From NCBI GenBank assembly GCA_041304825.1, contig JBFYMQ010000004.1:1-50931 (forward strand): DNA of 50,931 nucleotides. Direction: 5' to 3'. Positions 9,946-19,759 of this stretch are shown here, piece after piece. Source of the stretch: Thermoplasmatales archaeon. Its GTDB lineage: Archaea > Thermoplasmatota > E2 > DHVEG-1. A program made the position numbers and the translations under genes. The first letter of the stretch is position 1. Each line of letters begins with the position of its first letter. The notes under the pieces were generated by a model that saw only the letters and a program-made list of their open reading frames with translations, was not told the origin of the DNA and searched no databases.

Positions 9946-12900
9946 ATGCATATTTCGGATGGGTTGCGAGCCTATGGCATAGACAGAAAAGCAGTCATTA
10001 TTCTAGTGATACTGCCGTTTCTTCTTATCAGCCTGAATTGTGTTGAGGCATCCCCGGAGAACAACCTTTCTTCTCCGTCTCACGTGTCACTTGGTGATTC
10101 TGTTCTCATCGCAGGTGTTTTCCAGTACCTCGATGTGTCGCTCCCAGCTGAGCATGAAAAAATCTGCATCATCGCCTTCAATGGAAATACAGAACCAGAA
10201 CAACAAATTCGATCTGAGAGGAATTACTACAAATGGGAATACGACAATGGTGTATGGAAGGATACCAGCAAATATGATACCTCGTCTATCGATCCGTCTC
10301 GCTGCTCTAAGGATAACACAACTTACTCGTTTTATCTCAGAATCTCACAGAAAGCGAACCCTGGTAGCTGGACGATTAAGATACTCGTCGATGACAAAGA
10401 AACCTCCTCAATAGCTTTTCAGGTAATCATCGGTGATTTTTGTCTGTTCTTTTCCATGATCACTAGTGTTTTTGAACCAACTCTGAAACAAAAGAACCTG
10501 CTCTCTGAAGACGAATTACGATGTTGTTATAAGCAAAAAAAACAGGAAGTATCTGAAGCAAGAATCGAGAAACTCGTTGATAACATCCTTAATAAGCAAC
10601 ACACGCAATCAAATGAAGATAAGTCTTTGGGTAAAACAACAGATTCGTACAACGACCCAACCGAATCTAAAAGCACTCAGGAGTCCATACGAACAGCGAT
10701 TTCTCAATATCCTCGAACCAAACTAAAGGAACCAATACATAAGAAAATCAACACGTTGGTTTTTATTAGAACTCGGCAGGGGAGTAATGGTTTTTGGTCA
10801 CATGGGTCAGATGGTCTGAAGAGAATTTTTATCATTGTTGTGATGACTCTTTTGTTAACCGCTTCCATACTACCAATGGTTTTACTGATGGGGAAAAATG
10901 AAAATACTTGTGATATCACGATTATCAACAATCACAGTTATCCGCTCATCGGTGGAAACTGGACCGTACTTTTTACAACCGTTGGCTGCGCTGATTTGAC
11001 TATTACCGCAGTCAATGGAACAAGTTGGAGTAATACTGATTTGAATGCTGATTTAAAATTTTTACACTGTGACAATGGAAATCAGACCGTAGACTATTCT
11101 TGGATTAATGATTCTGTGTATATCCCAAATTTTTCCTCCAATATCACCTGTTCTGAGGTCTCTCAAGTCCTCACGCCTGGTGTTCATGTTCTTCTGTTCC
11201 GATTCGGTGATGCCATAGCATTTGCCTATAATCTTGCCTCAGAAAACTGGCTGCAAACCAGTACAAGTGATTTCAATAACGGAACAAAGACGAACATCAA
11301 TGTGAGTAACGGATCTTTTCATTTACAGGAGCATTATTACCTTCGTAATTTTTCGCGCATTCATAACGAGGGATTCGAGGGAAGCTGGCCACCTTCTGGC
11401 TGGTCTGAGGATCCAGTAGGAAATAATTGGAATAAGGAAGGTGACCGGTCATATGCGAGCGCCTACTCAGCGGATTTCGATGGAGCGGGTGGGTCTGGGG
11501 GCGCCTCAGGAAACTTACTTTCGCCTGGTATGAACTGCTCAGGTTCCAATGTCACTGCGATTTATGTGAAATTTTGGGCATATGAGGATAACGTCGATGA
11601 CGGAGAATATTATCTCGATTACTACGATGGGACAAACTGGGATCAGATCACACGATTAGATAATTTTGGGACTGACGTATGGACCCAATACTCACAGAAG
11701 ATTACAGATTCACAGTACTTCAAGTCGAACTTCCAGATACGATGGAGGGTCGTCGGACTTAACAACAACGAACATGTGTATGTCGACTTCGTGAATGTGA
11801 CTGTGGAGCGAAATGAGAGTGGTTATTATTCTACAGGCAGCCTGCTTTCATCAGCGTATGATACCACCAGGAATGCACCTGATTACAACAACATAAACGT
11901 CGGAAATACTGCACCTTCTGGTACAACCATCACAACCTGGATGCGGACTGCTGAAACACAAGTCAATCTTTCTACAGCAACCTGGTATTCATCTATCAGT
12001 CAGGTTCCTGATAAACGCTGGGTGCAATGGAGGATCAATCTCACGGGCAATACCTATCTGACTCCCACGATTGCTGATGTCAATCTCACCTGGACATATG
12101 ATAATGAATATCCAATCTCAAAAGTCAATACTCTATCACCCTATTGGCAAAAAACAACACTGTTACAGATTTCAGTCACAGCCTCTGATAATGGAACCGG
12201 AATAAAAGAGCTTAGCCTATATTATAACTATAGTGCAAATAATGTATCAGGCTGGTCTGGTTGGAACAAATATGGAACCAATGACACGACGAGCCCATAT
12301 TCCTGGTCGTTTACACCTCCGCAGGGTGATGGATATTATCGATTTTATAGTAAGGCAATTGATGGAGAGTTAAACACAGAAGCTGCTCCAGTTATACCTA
12401 GTTTCGATGCGTCATGTGGTATTGACACGGTCAAACCTTCGTCGCGATTAGATAATATCACTCCCTATTGGTATGTTGAACCAGATAGGGATGTGGTCAT
12501 CAATTGTTCGACCGCAAGTGATTCTCTTAGTGGATTACAAAATATTTTGTTATATTATCGATATAGAATTGATAATGCATCTCCCTGGGGATCCTGGCAG
12601 CTTTTTAGTTCAGATACAGCTGTCCCATGGTCTTGGATTTTCACCTTCCCAAGAGCCAAAGGTTTCTATCAGTTCTACAGTATCGCAGTTGATAACGCTA
12701 GTAATGCTGAAGACCCTCCGACTACACCGGATAACGATACAGAATGCGCATATAACTCCTCAAAACCCTATTCTGAAGTAGACGCGATTAGCCCCTACTG
12801 GCGTAGCTCATCGCTTTGGATAACAGCACAGGCAACAGATTTTAACGGTAGTGGCTTACAGAATGTGACATTATACTATTACTACAGCTCAGATAATAAT

Positions 12901-15591
12901 ACCTGGTCCAACTCCTATTTATTTGGTGTCGATACAACCCCCTGGAACACAATCTCCTGGGTATTTACATTTCCTCTCGGAACCGGTTATTATCGTTTCT
13001 ACAGCCTTGCGATTGATAATGATACCAATATAGAATATTTTACAGGCAATGATACGACTGGTGGTTACGATGCCATCAAACCCTCATCACAAGTCGATGC
13101 AATTACTCCCTATTGGCACAATGCCACAAGTAATCCCCTCATAATTACAGTCACTACTTCAAATGATGCTCATTCTGGAGTGAAAAACATCACGCTTCAC
13201 TACCGTTATCGATCAAACAACGTATCAAGCTGGAATGCCGCAGTTTCGTATGGTCAAGACGAAACAACGCCCTGGGGCTGGAGTTTCAATTTTCCCAATG
13301 GAAATGGTCAATATCGGTTCTACAGTGTAGCACATGACACAGCAGGAAACACAGAAGATCCGCCCTCCTCCCCAGATTACGATACGCAATGCGGATACGA
13401 TACATCAAAACCAAACTCCCAGGTTGACCCTATCACCCCGTATAACATCACAGTGTCCCCCTTTTCCATTAGCGCAACCGCAAGCGATGATACGAAAAAC
13501 ATAACGATCTGGTATTATTACTCTTCTCAAAATTCAAGCTGGTGGAACCCCAACTGGCAATATAGAAAACAGCTGAACATATCAGGAAAAAACGGGGGAT
13601 ATCAGATGAAGATTGTCATCGGGAACAATAGCGGTGGAAACGTTACCTGTAATGGTCATGCTCAAAGCGATTTCGATGATATTCGCTTCGTTAGCTATTC
13701 AGATAATTCAACAGAACTCTCCTATTGGTTGAAAAACTATACCGCTGGAACACAAGCGACCTTCTGGGTCAATAATTCACGCAATGATTCCTACATTTTC
13801 TTGTATTACGGCAATACGAATGCATCAACGACAAGTAGCGGGGATAATACTTTTTATTTCTTCGATGATTTCTCAAATGGTCTTAGTAAATGGGTGATGA
13901 ACTCATGGAACACTGATTCTATTTTTGTTAATCAAAGTCAAGGAAACCCGAGTCCAGCGCTCAAACATCTGCCCGACAATTCCATTCCTGCAAATAGAAC
14001 ATATCAGGATACAAGGATTCGTACTAATTACAAAATCCTAAACGGAATTATCGAATATGATGTCTATCTAGCGGGAACCCCGCGGATTATCCATCAATTC
14101 GGATGGAGAGTAAATAGCCTTTCTTGGACAAACGGATATTGTTGGCGGTTACAGAATTCTGCAGGTGATGGAGGTTTTTTTGAATTTTCTGCTCCGACGA
14201 CATGGACCCAACTAGGAGCTGCGTTTCCTGTTGTCTCTACAGGCACCTGGTATCACATGAAAATAAATGTATCCGGTTCTACCTATTCATCAAAAATCAC
14301 ACCATCCGCACCGGCTGGTGATAGCGCTCGTTCAGTGACTGATTCAACAAAAACGACCGTTGATTACCTTGTTTCACATGTACATGGAGTAAGTATGAAT
14401 TCCGGAAATTATGCATTAGTGGATAATGTATTTGTAAGGAAATATTGGACAACACCACCGACATGGGATGGTGTTGGAAGCGAACAATCAGGATACACGA
14501 AATGGAATAATGCAAGCAATCCTGACACCAGCATTCCTTGGACATGGAATTTTAACTTTCCAGATGTATATGGATATTATTGGTTTTATTCCAATGCTAT
14601 TGACCTGAACGATAATATTGAATATATCCCGGATATAGCGGATGCCCGATGCCAATATATAAGGCCGTTTCCTCCGGTGATTAATAGTTATGATTTACGA
14701 AATACTAGTGGTTCGAAGCTCAACAACGCGACTGGTCTGCTTGATGTAAATAGCGAATATTATTTCACTGTCAATGTCACTGCAAAATACGGTTGGATAT
14801 ATTTAGATTATATCGACATTACCGCTTGGTACGATCAAGGAAGTGAAAGCAGCTCGTTCAATCACACAACTGGTGGAAATCTCAACATGTATCTGCGGTA
14901 TGAAAATGTGACGGGAAATGCTAGTTTTAAGCTTCTCTGGCCGAAAAACGAAGTAAAACTTATTACTACTAATTGTACCCAGACAATCGTCAATAGTTCT
15001 ACAAGGATTATCAAAATAAGTTTCAAACCTCTCAATCAAACTCGATGGGCTTGTAGCAATAATACATGGGATTCCGCTGTAAACACGACAAATGATCCTT
15101 TCTCATGGAATTTCAATATCACTGCTATTGACACCAGTGGTCTAAAATCATGGAAGAACGATGAATATGGCATCTATAAATTTGCTATGTTATTACCTGA
15201 TAAAAACTGGGTGGATGTTCGAGCTCCACCAGGATATAATGCAACGACCAACATCGTGAATGTCACGTATTGTTCAAACTATGATTATAACATCAGTATT
15301 TATTTTGAAGAAAATCTGACGAATGTGTCATCAGGTGATATCATCCCTATTGCAGATAATGTTTTTATCTGTGCAAATGCGGATATGAACGATGATATCA
15401 CCAGTGATATGATGTTTAACGGGATCCGGGAGATTAACGCTATTGATATCATCAACAATTCTGGTATCTTTCATAGGAACAATACGAGTCAATATGTTCA
15501 TGTCCAATTCAATGTATTCATCCCGTTTGGTACTATCCAGGGGGAATATAGCGCTCATGTTGCTACGAAGATAAAATTCAATGAACATTAG
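9946..15591 (+). CDS. Giant (1881 aa) multidomain cell-surface glycoprotein / adhesin-like protein
   Basis: Signal-like N-terminus. N-module (aa 36-163) is homologous to ORF 18400. Hydrophobic segments at aa 164-177 and 293-315. MAM/'choice-of-anchor J'-like region (EGFEGSWPPSGWSED..FQIRWRVVG). ~4.5 tandem ~110-aa repeats. DUF2341-like (WQYRKQLNI..DIRFVS..YIFLYYGN) plus LamG-like insert. C-terminal ~310 aa is paralogous to ORFs 15740 and 17044. Very dense in N-x-S/T. Confidence 0.9.
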   Translation: MHISDGLRAYGIDRKAVIILVILPFLLISLNCVEASPENNLSSPSHVSLGDSVLIAGVFQYLDVSLPAEHEKICIIAFNGNTEPEQQIRSERNYYKWEYDNGVWKDTSKYDTSSIDPSRCSKDNTTYSFYLRISQKANPGSWTIKILVDDKETSSIAFQVIIGDFCLFFSMITSVFEPTLKQKNLLSEDELRCCYKQKKQEVSEARIEKLVDNILNKQHTQSNEDKSLGKTTDSYNDPTESKSTQESIRTAISQYPRTKLKEPIHKKINTLVFIRTRQGSNGFWSHGSDGLKRIFIIVVMTLLLTASILPMVLLMGKNENTCDITIINNHSYPLIGGNWTVLFTTVGCADLTITAVNGTSWSNTDLNADLKFLHCDNGNQTVDYSWINDSVYIPNFSSNITCSEVSQVLTPGVHVLLFRFGDAIAFAYNLASENWLQTSTSDFNNGTKTNINVSNGSFHLQEHYYLRNFSRIHNEGFEGSWPPSGWSEDPVGNNWNKEGDRSYASAYSADFDGAGGSGGASGNLLSPGMNCSGSNVTAIYVKFWAYEDNVDDGEYYLDYYDGTNWDQITRLDNFGTDVWTQYSQKITDSQYFKSNFQIRWRVVGLNNNEHVYVDFVNVTVERNESGYYSTGSLLSSAYDTTRNAPDYNNINVGNTAPSGTTITTWMRTAETQVNLSTATWYSSISQVPDKRWVQWRINLTGNTYLTPTIADVNLTWTYDNEYPISKVNTLSPYWQKTTLLQISVTASDNGTGIKELSLYYNYSANNVSGWSGWNKYGTNDTTSPYSWSFTPPQGDGYYRFYSKAIDGELNTEAAPVIPSFDASCGIDTVKPSSRLDNITPYWYVEPDRDVVINCSTASDSLSGLQNILLYYRYRIDNASPWGSWQLFSSDTAVPWSWIFTFPRAKGFYQFYSIAVDNASNAEDPPTTPDNDTECAYNSSKPYSEVDAISPYWRSSSLWITAQATDFNGSGLQNVTLYYYYSSDNNTWSNSYLFGVDTTPWNTISWVFTFPLGTGYYRFYSLAIDNDTNIEYFTGNDTTGGYDAIKPSSQVDAITPYWHNATSNPLIITVTTSNDAHSGVKNITLHYRYRSNNVSSWNAAVSYGQDETTPWGWSFNFPNGNGQYRFYSVAHDTAGNTEDPPSSPDYDTQCGYDTSKPNSQVDPITPYNITVSPFSISATASDDTKNITIWYYYSSQNSSWWNPNWQYRKQLNISGKNGGYQMKIVIGNNSGGNVTCNGHAQSDFDDIRFVSYSDNSTELSYWLKNYTAGTQATFWVNNSRNDSYIFLYYGNTNASTTSSGDNTFYFFDDFSNGLSKWVMNSWNTDSIFVNQSQGNPSPALKHLPDNSIPANRTYQDTRIRTNYKILNGIIEYDVYLAGTPRIIHQFGWRVNSLSWTNGYCWRLQNSAGDGGFFEFSAPTTWTQLGAAFPVVSTGTWYHMKINVSGSTYSSKITPSAPAGDSARSVTDSTKTTVDYLVSHVHGVSMNSGNYALVDNVFVRKYWTTPPTWDGVGSEQSGYTKWNNASNPDTSIPWTWNFNFPDVYGYYWFYSNAIDLNDNIEYIPDIADARCQYIRPFPPVINSYDLRNTSGSKLNNATGLLDVNSEYYFTVNVTAKYGWIYLDYIDITAWYDQGSESSSFNHTTGGNLNMYLRYENVTGNASFKLLWPKNEVKLITTNCTQTIVNSSTRIIKISFKPLNQTRWACSNNTWDSAVNTTNDPFSWNFNITAIDTSGLKSWKNDEYGIYKFAMLLPDKNWVDVRAPPGYNATTNIVNVTYCSNYDYNISIYFEENLTNVSSGDIIPIADNVFICANADMNDDITSDMMFNGIREINAIDIINNSGIFHRNNTSQYVHVQFNVFIPFGTIQGEYSAHVATKIKFNEH
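12112..13560 (+). repeat. In-frame tandem ~110-aa (about 330-nt) Ig-like repeats within the giant ORF (R1-R4 complete, R5 first half)
   Basis: Each unit follows the pattern KPxSxVDxIxPYW..(T/S)ASDxxSG(I/L)xN(I/V)xLYYxY..W..W.W.F.FPxxxGxYxFYSxAxDxxxNxE. Boundaries at roughly 12112, 12433, 12763, 13078 and 13408. Confidence 0.85.
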
Positions 15592-15691
15592 AAAAGAGAG
15601 ATTTTTTATGGTTCTGAGTATTCATTGCCGAGGAGTTTTGACCCAAAGTTTTATATGATGGAGAATGAATCTCTGACCTGCACACTAACAT

Positions 15692-15710
15692 AATTACATC
15701 ATATGTAATT
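15692..15710 (+). promoter_or_regulatory. Perfect 8-bp inverted repeat (AATTACAT-N3-ATGTAATT), candidate operator upstream of ORF 15740
   Basis: Read directly from the sequence. It lies ~30 nt upstream of ATG 15740 and downstream of a TTTTATATGA TATA-like box near 15648. Confidence 0.35.
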
Positions 15711-15739
15711 GTAAGATAGAATTATTGAAGGCAAGAAGG

Positions 15740-16846
15740 ATGGGAAAACAGAATATATACTCAGTTCTCGTTGTCGTCGTGCTAGTAATATCATTATTTA
15801 CTGGTATGTCCTGTCTTGAGCCATATCTTGTAAAAAACGTAAGAGCTAATCCGGGGGATATCAGTGAAGAGTGGTATAACGAAACGACCTTAAACGTGAC
15901 CGTTCTTTATAGAGAACCGCGTATTAATTGGTATGATTTTCAATATAATCAGGGTGGGACCTGGGTTTCTCGGTTGAATGCGCAAAGTGATGTGAATGAT
16001 AGTGCTGAATATCGATTCATTGTCAATGTTAGCGCTGATAACGGATGGGAGAATATCACATATATCAATGTCTCAGCATGGTATGATGAAGGAAATGAAA
16101 ACACGGTATACAATCAGACGCTTGGAGGGAATCTCAATTTGTACTTCGAATATGAAAACCTTACGGGAACCCCATCATGGCAAATGCTATGGCCGACGGG
16201 TGGCGAGGTGACAGGATTTTCATACTCCGAGACGATTGTTCGCGATCCTGTAGGAAGTCCACGTTTTACCGATTGTCATAATATCACATTTTCTTTCGTT
16301 CCTGGATATCAATTCCGGTATGCTTCCGGGGATGGGAGTTGGAATACTTCTCGTAATGCGACGAATGATGCAGAATCCTGGAACTTTAGAATCTCTGCGT
16401 CCAACGAACAAGGGTACGTCAGTTGGATACATGATGAATTTGGGATTTATTCTTATACCGAGATCCTTAGTGCAGGATGGCCAGCGATCTACGGATATCC
16501 TGGGGAAAATGCGACCGCTGAGACGAATATCACCATGGTGACCCGGTCGAATGGTAACTATTCCCTCTCCGTTGATGTCGGGAATTTAACCCATGAAACA
16601 CATCCTACTGCTAATATAACCCGGAAAAGTATTTGGATCCGAGGTGGTGATTTAGACATATCGAGTAATTTTACTGGTGCTTCTGACTTGCTCTACTTTT
16701 ATGGATCCGCGATAGCGTATCATATTTCCCGGGCAAATGGAACCAGTCTTACCACGAGTGATATTGAGTACAAATGTAATATCCCACTTGGGCAGACTGC
16801 AGGAGAATATACTGCTCCTATTAGCTATCATCTCGTGACAACCTAA
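15740..16846 (+). CDS. Secreted N-glycoprotein, paralog 1 of the giant protein's C-terminal domain (candidate structural subunit)
   Basis: Signal peptide (IYSVLVVVVLVISLFTGMSC..VRA|NPGD). 18 N-x-S/T sequons counted by eye. Shares AWYDEG, GGNLNLYFEYENLTG, SWNFRISA, DEFGIYSY and the terminal strand IPLGQTAGEYTAPISYHLVTT with ORF 17044 and aa 1573-1881 of the giant ORF. Track start is TTG 15725. Confidence 0.85.
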   Translation: MGKQNIYSVLVVVVLVISLFTGMSCLEPYLVKNVRANPGDISEEWYNETTLNVTVLYREPRINWYDFQYNQGGTWVSRLNAQSDVNDSAEYRFIVNVSADNGWENITYINVSAWYDEGNENTVYNQTLGGNLNLYFEYENLTGTPSWQMLWPTGGEVTGFSYSETIVRDPVGSPRFTDCHNITFSFVPGYQFRYASGDGSWNTSRNATNDAESWNFRISASNEQGYVSWIHDEFGIYSYTEILSAGWPAIYGYPGENATAETNITMVTRSNGNYSLSVDVGNLTHETHPTANITRKSIWIRGGDLDISSNFTGASDLLYFYGSAIAYHISRANGTSLTTSDIEYKCNIPLGQTAGEYTAPISYHLVTT

Positions 16847-17043
16847 GAATAAGGCTCTCGAGTATCTTACTTCTTTTTGCTTCAGTACTCTTGTTCTTGT
16901 GCTCTGATTTTTCATGGTTTTTATCGAGATGCTCTCCAGGGTTGACTCTATTCCAGAGTGACGTTTTGACGAAATATCTTTAAATATCGTGACTGCCAAA
17001 ACGCATACCTGACATGTGTTAGCATGTTGTAAAGTAACTCGAT

Positions 17044-18192
17044 ATGGAACGGAAGAAGGTGAAAAAAATGGAGATGGAACAAAAGAGAAAATTATTTTCT
17101 ACTCTCGTAGGAATAACAATAATTAGCTCTTTGGTGGTCAATATCTTTCTTATGAGCCCCCTCATCATGATTGGGAAGGCCGATCCTGGTGACATTCCTC
17201 ATATTTGGCATAATTCAACAACATTAAACGTCACCGTCCTTCATTTAGAACCAAGAATCCTCTGGTATGATTTCCAGTATAACCAGACTGGGACCTGGGT
17301 TACAAAACTAAACGCACAAAGCGATGTGAACAACAGCGCAGAATACCGATTCATCATCAATATCAGCAGCGATCAGGGCTGGGATGATATTGAATTTGTC
17401 AATATTTTTACATGGTACGACCAAGGAAATGAAACGAGCACCTATAACCAAACACAAGGTGGAAACTGGAATTTCTATTTGCAATATGAAAACACCACAG
17501 GAACCGCTGTCTGGAGGATTCTCTGGCCTCATGGTGGAGAGTTTACACAAGGAACCTATACCGATAGAGTTGAACATGACCCTTATGGGAGTTCAGGGTT
17601 TACTGAATGTCATAATCTTTCCTTTTCGTTTGTCCCAAGTTATCAGGTACGATATGCCCCCGGTGATGGGGTATGGGATGATACCTATAACACTACAGAT
17701 GATGTAGAATCCTGGAACTTTATCATGGAAGTTATTGATAGTGGTGAAGATGCTCCAGATCCTATAACGATTTGGATAAGAGATGAGTTTGGTATCTATT
17801 CCTATAGTGAAATCGTTAGTGCTGGATGGCCAACTATCATTGGTCACCCTGGAGAAAACGCGACAGCGAACAGTAATATAACGCTTGTCACACGTTCAAA
17901 TGGTAACTACTCTCTTACCACAGATGTTGAAAATCTCACGCATCGTTCATTTCCAGCAACAATCTCTCGAGAGCGAATCTGGGTGCGTGGTGGTGACTTA
18001 GATTCGTTTGACAATTACACTGCGATCAGCGGTAATATTTACTTCTACGGGTCACTTGGCATATACCATCTTGCACAGGCGAACGGTACCGCTCTGACAA
18101 CCAATGATGTTCAGTATAAATGTGACATCCCGCTGGGTCAAATCGCGGGAGACTATACTGCCCCCATTCGTTATCATCTGACGACAACATAG
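17044..18192 (+). CDS. Secreted N-glycoprotein, paralog 2 (candidate structural subunit)
   Basis: Collinear with ORF 15740 and similar to it throughout (EPRILWYDFQYNQTGTWVTKLNAQSDVNNSAEYRFIINIS.., IPLGQIAGDYTAPIRYHLTTT). Signal peptide ends ..IGKA|DPGD. Confidence 0.85.
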   Translation: MERKKVKKMEMEQKRKLFSTLVGITIISSLVVNIFLMSPLIMIGKADPGDIPHIWHNSTTLNVTVLHLEPRILWYDFQYNQTGTWVTKLNAQSDVNNSAEYRFIINISSDQGWDDIEFVNIFTWYDQGNETSTYNQTQGGNWNFYLQYENTTGTAVWRILWPHGGEFTQGTYTDRVEHDPYGSSGFTECHNLSFSFVPSYQVRYAPGDGVWDDTYNTTDDVESWNFIMEVIDSGEDAPDPITIWIRDEFGIYSYSEIVSAGWPTIIGHPGENATANSNITLVTRSNGNYSLTTDVENLTHRSFPATISRERIWVRGGDLDSFDNYTAISGNIYFYGSLGIYHLAQANGTALTTNDVQYKCDIPLGQIAGDYTAPIRYHLTTT

Positions 18193-18242
18193 AGGGACAA
18201 TACATCCCTTATTTCTCTTTTTCTTTTATTCATTTTTTTTTA
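18193..18242 (+). terminator. Hairpin plus oligo-T terminator after ORF 17044
   Basis: GGGAcaatacaTCCC hairpin followed by several T-runs (tctctttttcttttattcattttttttt). Confidence 0.55.
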
Positions 18243-18399
18243 AAATTTTTATCTCTAATAAATTGTTATAATATTTTCGTTTTTCCTTTGATTCTTAGGA
18301 AAGAATAATTTTTTCAAAGAAAACCTTTAATAGACGAAATAAGATAAGAAATATGGATGGGTAAATGCACAAACTCAATTAATTACAGGAGAGTGGAGA

Positions 18400-19749
18400 A
18401 TGGGACAACACTATAAGAAACAAGGGATCGTTTTTTGTATTCTTCTCCTGTATATTTCCGTAGTATTCTCTGCGGTCTCATCAGCGCAGGATGCGACCTT
18501 ATCGATACGTATGTTAGACGGAGAACAACAAACCCGTTTTAACACACCTGTACTTGTTGCAGGCGTCTGGCATTATATGGACATCACCACAGATCAGGAT
18601 TTCGATGAATTGTTACTCAGAATCTACAAAGGAATTGTACTTCCAACTGGGGTGAAAAATGAAACAAATTACTACGAATGGAGCTATGACCAAAATACTG
18701 CTGCCGTCTGGTCCGATGAAAGCGGTTATGGGATCGAGTACATCCAACAGGGATTGTGCCAAAAGACGAACACTCAGTATAGTTTTTGCATCGGATTAAA
18801 TGATTTCATGCCAAACATCATTGATTATTATGAGAACTGGACCATCGAAGTATCCCATGACGGAACAACCATTCATTCAACACGCATCGTGGTTGAAAAA
18901 CCAAAAACCGGTGTTTCCTTAAGTAAACCCTCATCTATTATCTTTCATGTTGATCCGTTCACCATAATGGATGCTATCGGTGATAATTTTTTCAAGATAG
19001 GCAACATCGGGAATGTCCCGCTGAACGTCGATTTTGATACAGAAACCTATAGCGAAGTCGAAATAAACGATATGAATAAAAAATTTTTACCAGATGAAAT
19101 CATCACCCACTATGTCACGATTCATTCAAAGAGTTGGCCACCTGGGTTTAAAAATATCGAGATTCAATTAAATGGGTCCTATCCGCAATCGTATTTCGTT
19201 GATACCAATGCCACCGTCACTTTGTACACCTCCTTTATCATTGATGTGCCGCTGCTGGTAATCTATGTTGGACATAGTAATTACAAAATTGATGAAATCC
19301 AGGGGACAGGGATCACCTTCCAGTATGTAGAAACATTGAATATGTACGAGGGCGAAACACGAGACATTACCGCCTATGTATCTGGGAACGGGGCTGTCAC
19401 CGCGCAGATTTGGGCTGATGAAAAAAACATTAGCGCGTTGAAATTCTATGACAATGGCATAGAGGCGCAATCTCCCCTTTCTTTTACTTCCACGAATACC
19501 TCAGAGCGGATCATCAAGATAACTGTGAAGGCACTCAGCGAAGGAACAACAGGGGTTCTCACATATCAGATTACTGGGAGTGGTATCACGAAAACATACG
19601 CCACGCAGATCCGTATCGGACCACCAGAGTCCGCCCCTGAAGAAGAATCAGGAGGTTCTCTTTCCGTTATGCAACTTGTTGTCATTGGCATTGTTTTGCT
19701 CGTTGTCATTTATATGATCGTTACATACCTACGAAATCGAAAGAGGTAA
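18400..19749 (+). CDS. Type-I membrane-anchored surface protein whose N-module matches the giant protein's N-module
   Basis: Signal peptide plus C-terminal TM and basic tail (LSVMQLVVIGIVLLVVIYMIVTYLRNRKR). N-module shares VLVAGVWHYMDI/VLIAGVFQYLDV, NYYEWSYD/NYYKWEYD, TQYSF/TTYSF and WTIEV/WTIKI with giant ORF aa 36-163. GGAGAG RBS. Confidence 0.8.
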   Translation: MGQHYKKQGIVFCILLLYISVVFSAVSSAQDATLSIRMLDGEQQTRFNTPVLVAGVWHYMDITTDQDFDELLLRIYKGIVLPTGVKNETNYYEWSYDQNTAAVWSDESGYGIEYIQQGLCQKTNTQYSFCIGLNDFMPNIIDYYENWTIEVSHDGTTIHSTRIVVEKPKTGVSLSKPSSIIFHVDPFTIMDAIGDNFFKIGNIGNVPLNVDFDTETYSEVEINDMNKKFLPDEIITHYVTIHSKSWPPGFKNIEIQLNGSYPQSYFVDTNATVTLYTSFIIDVPLLVIYVGHSNYKIDEIQGTGITFQYVETLNMYEGETRDITAYVSGNGAVTAQIWADEKNISALKFYDNGIEAQSPLSFTSTNTSERIIKITVKALSEGTTGVLTYQITGSGITKTYATQIRIGPPESAPEEESGGSLSVMQLVVIGIVLLVVIYMIVTYLRNRKR

Positions 19750-19759
19750 CAGACGGAAA

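Noticed and set aside
16652-16999. 115-aa minus-strand ORF spanning the 3' end of ORF 15740 and the following intergenic region
   Set aside because: It overlaps the well-supported paralog gene and its terminator. It has no start context and no recognisable sequence features.
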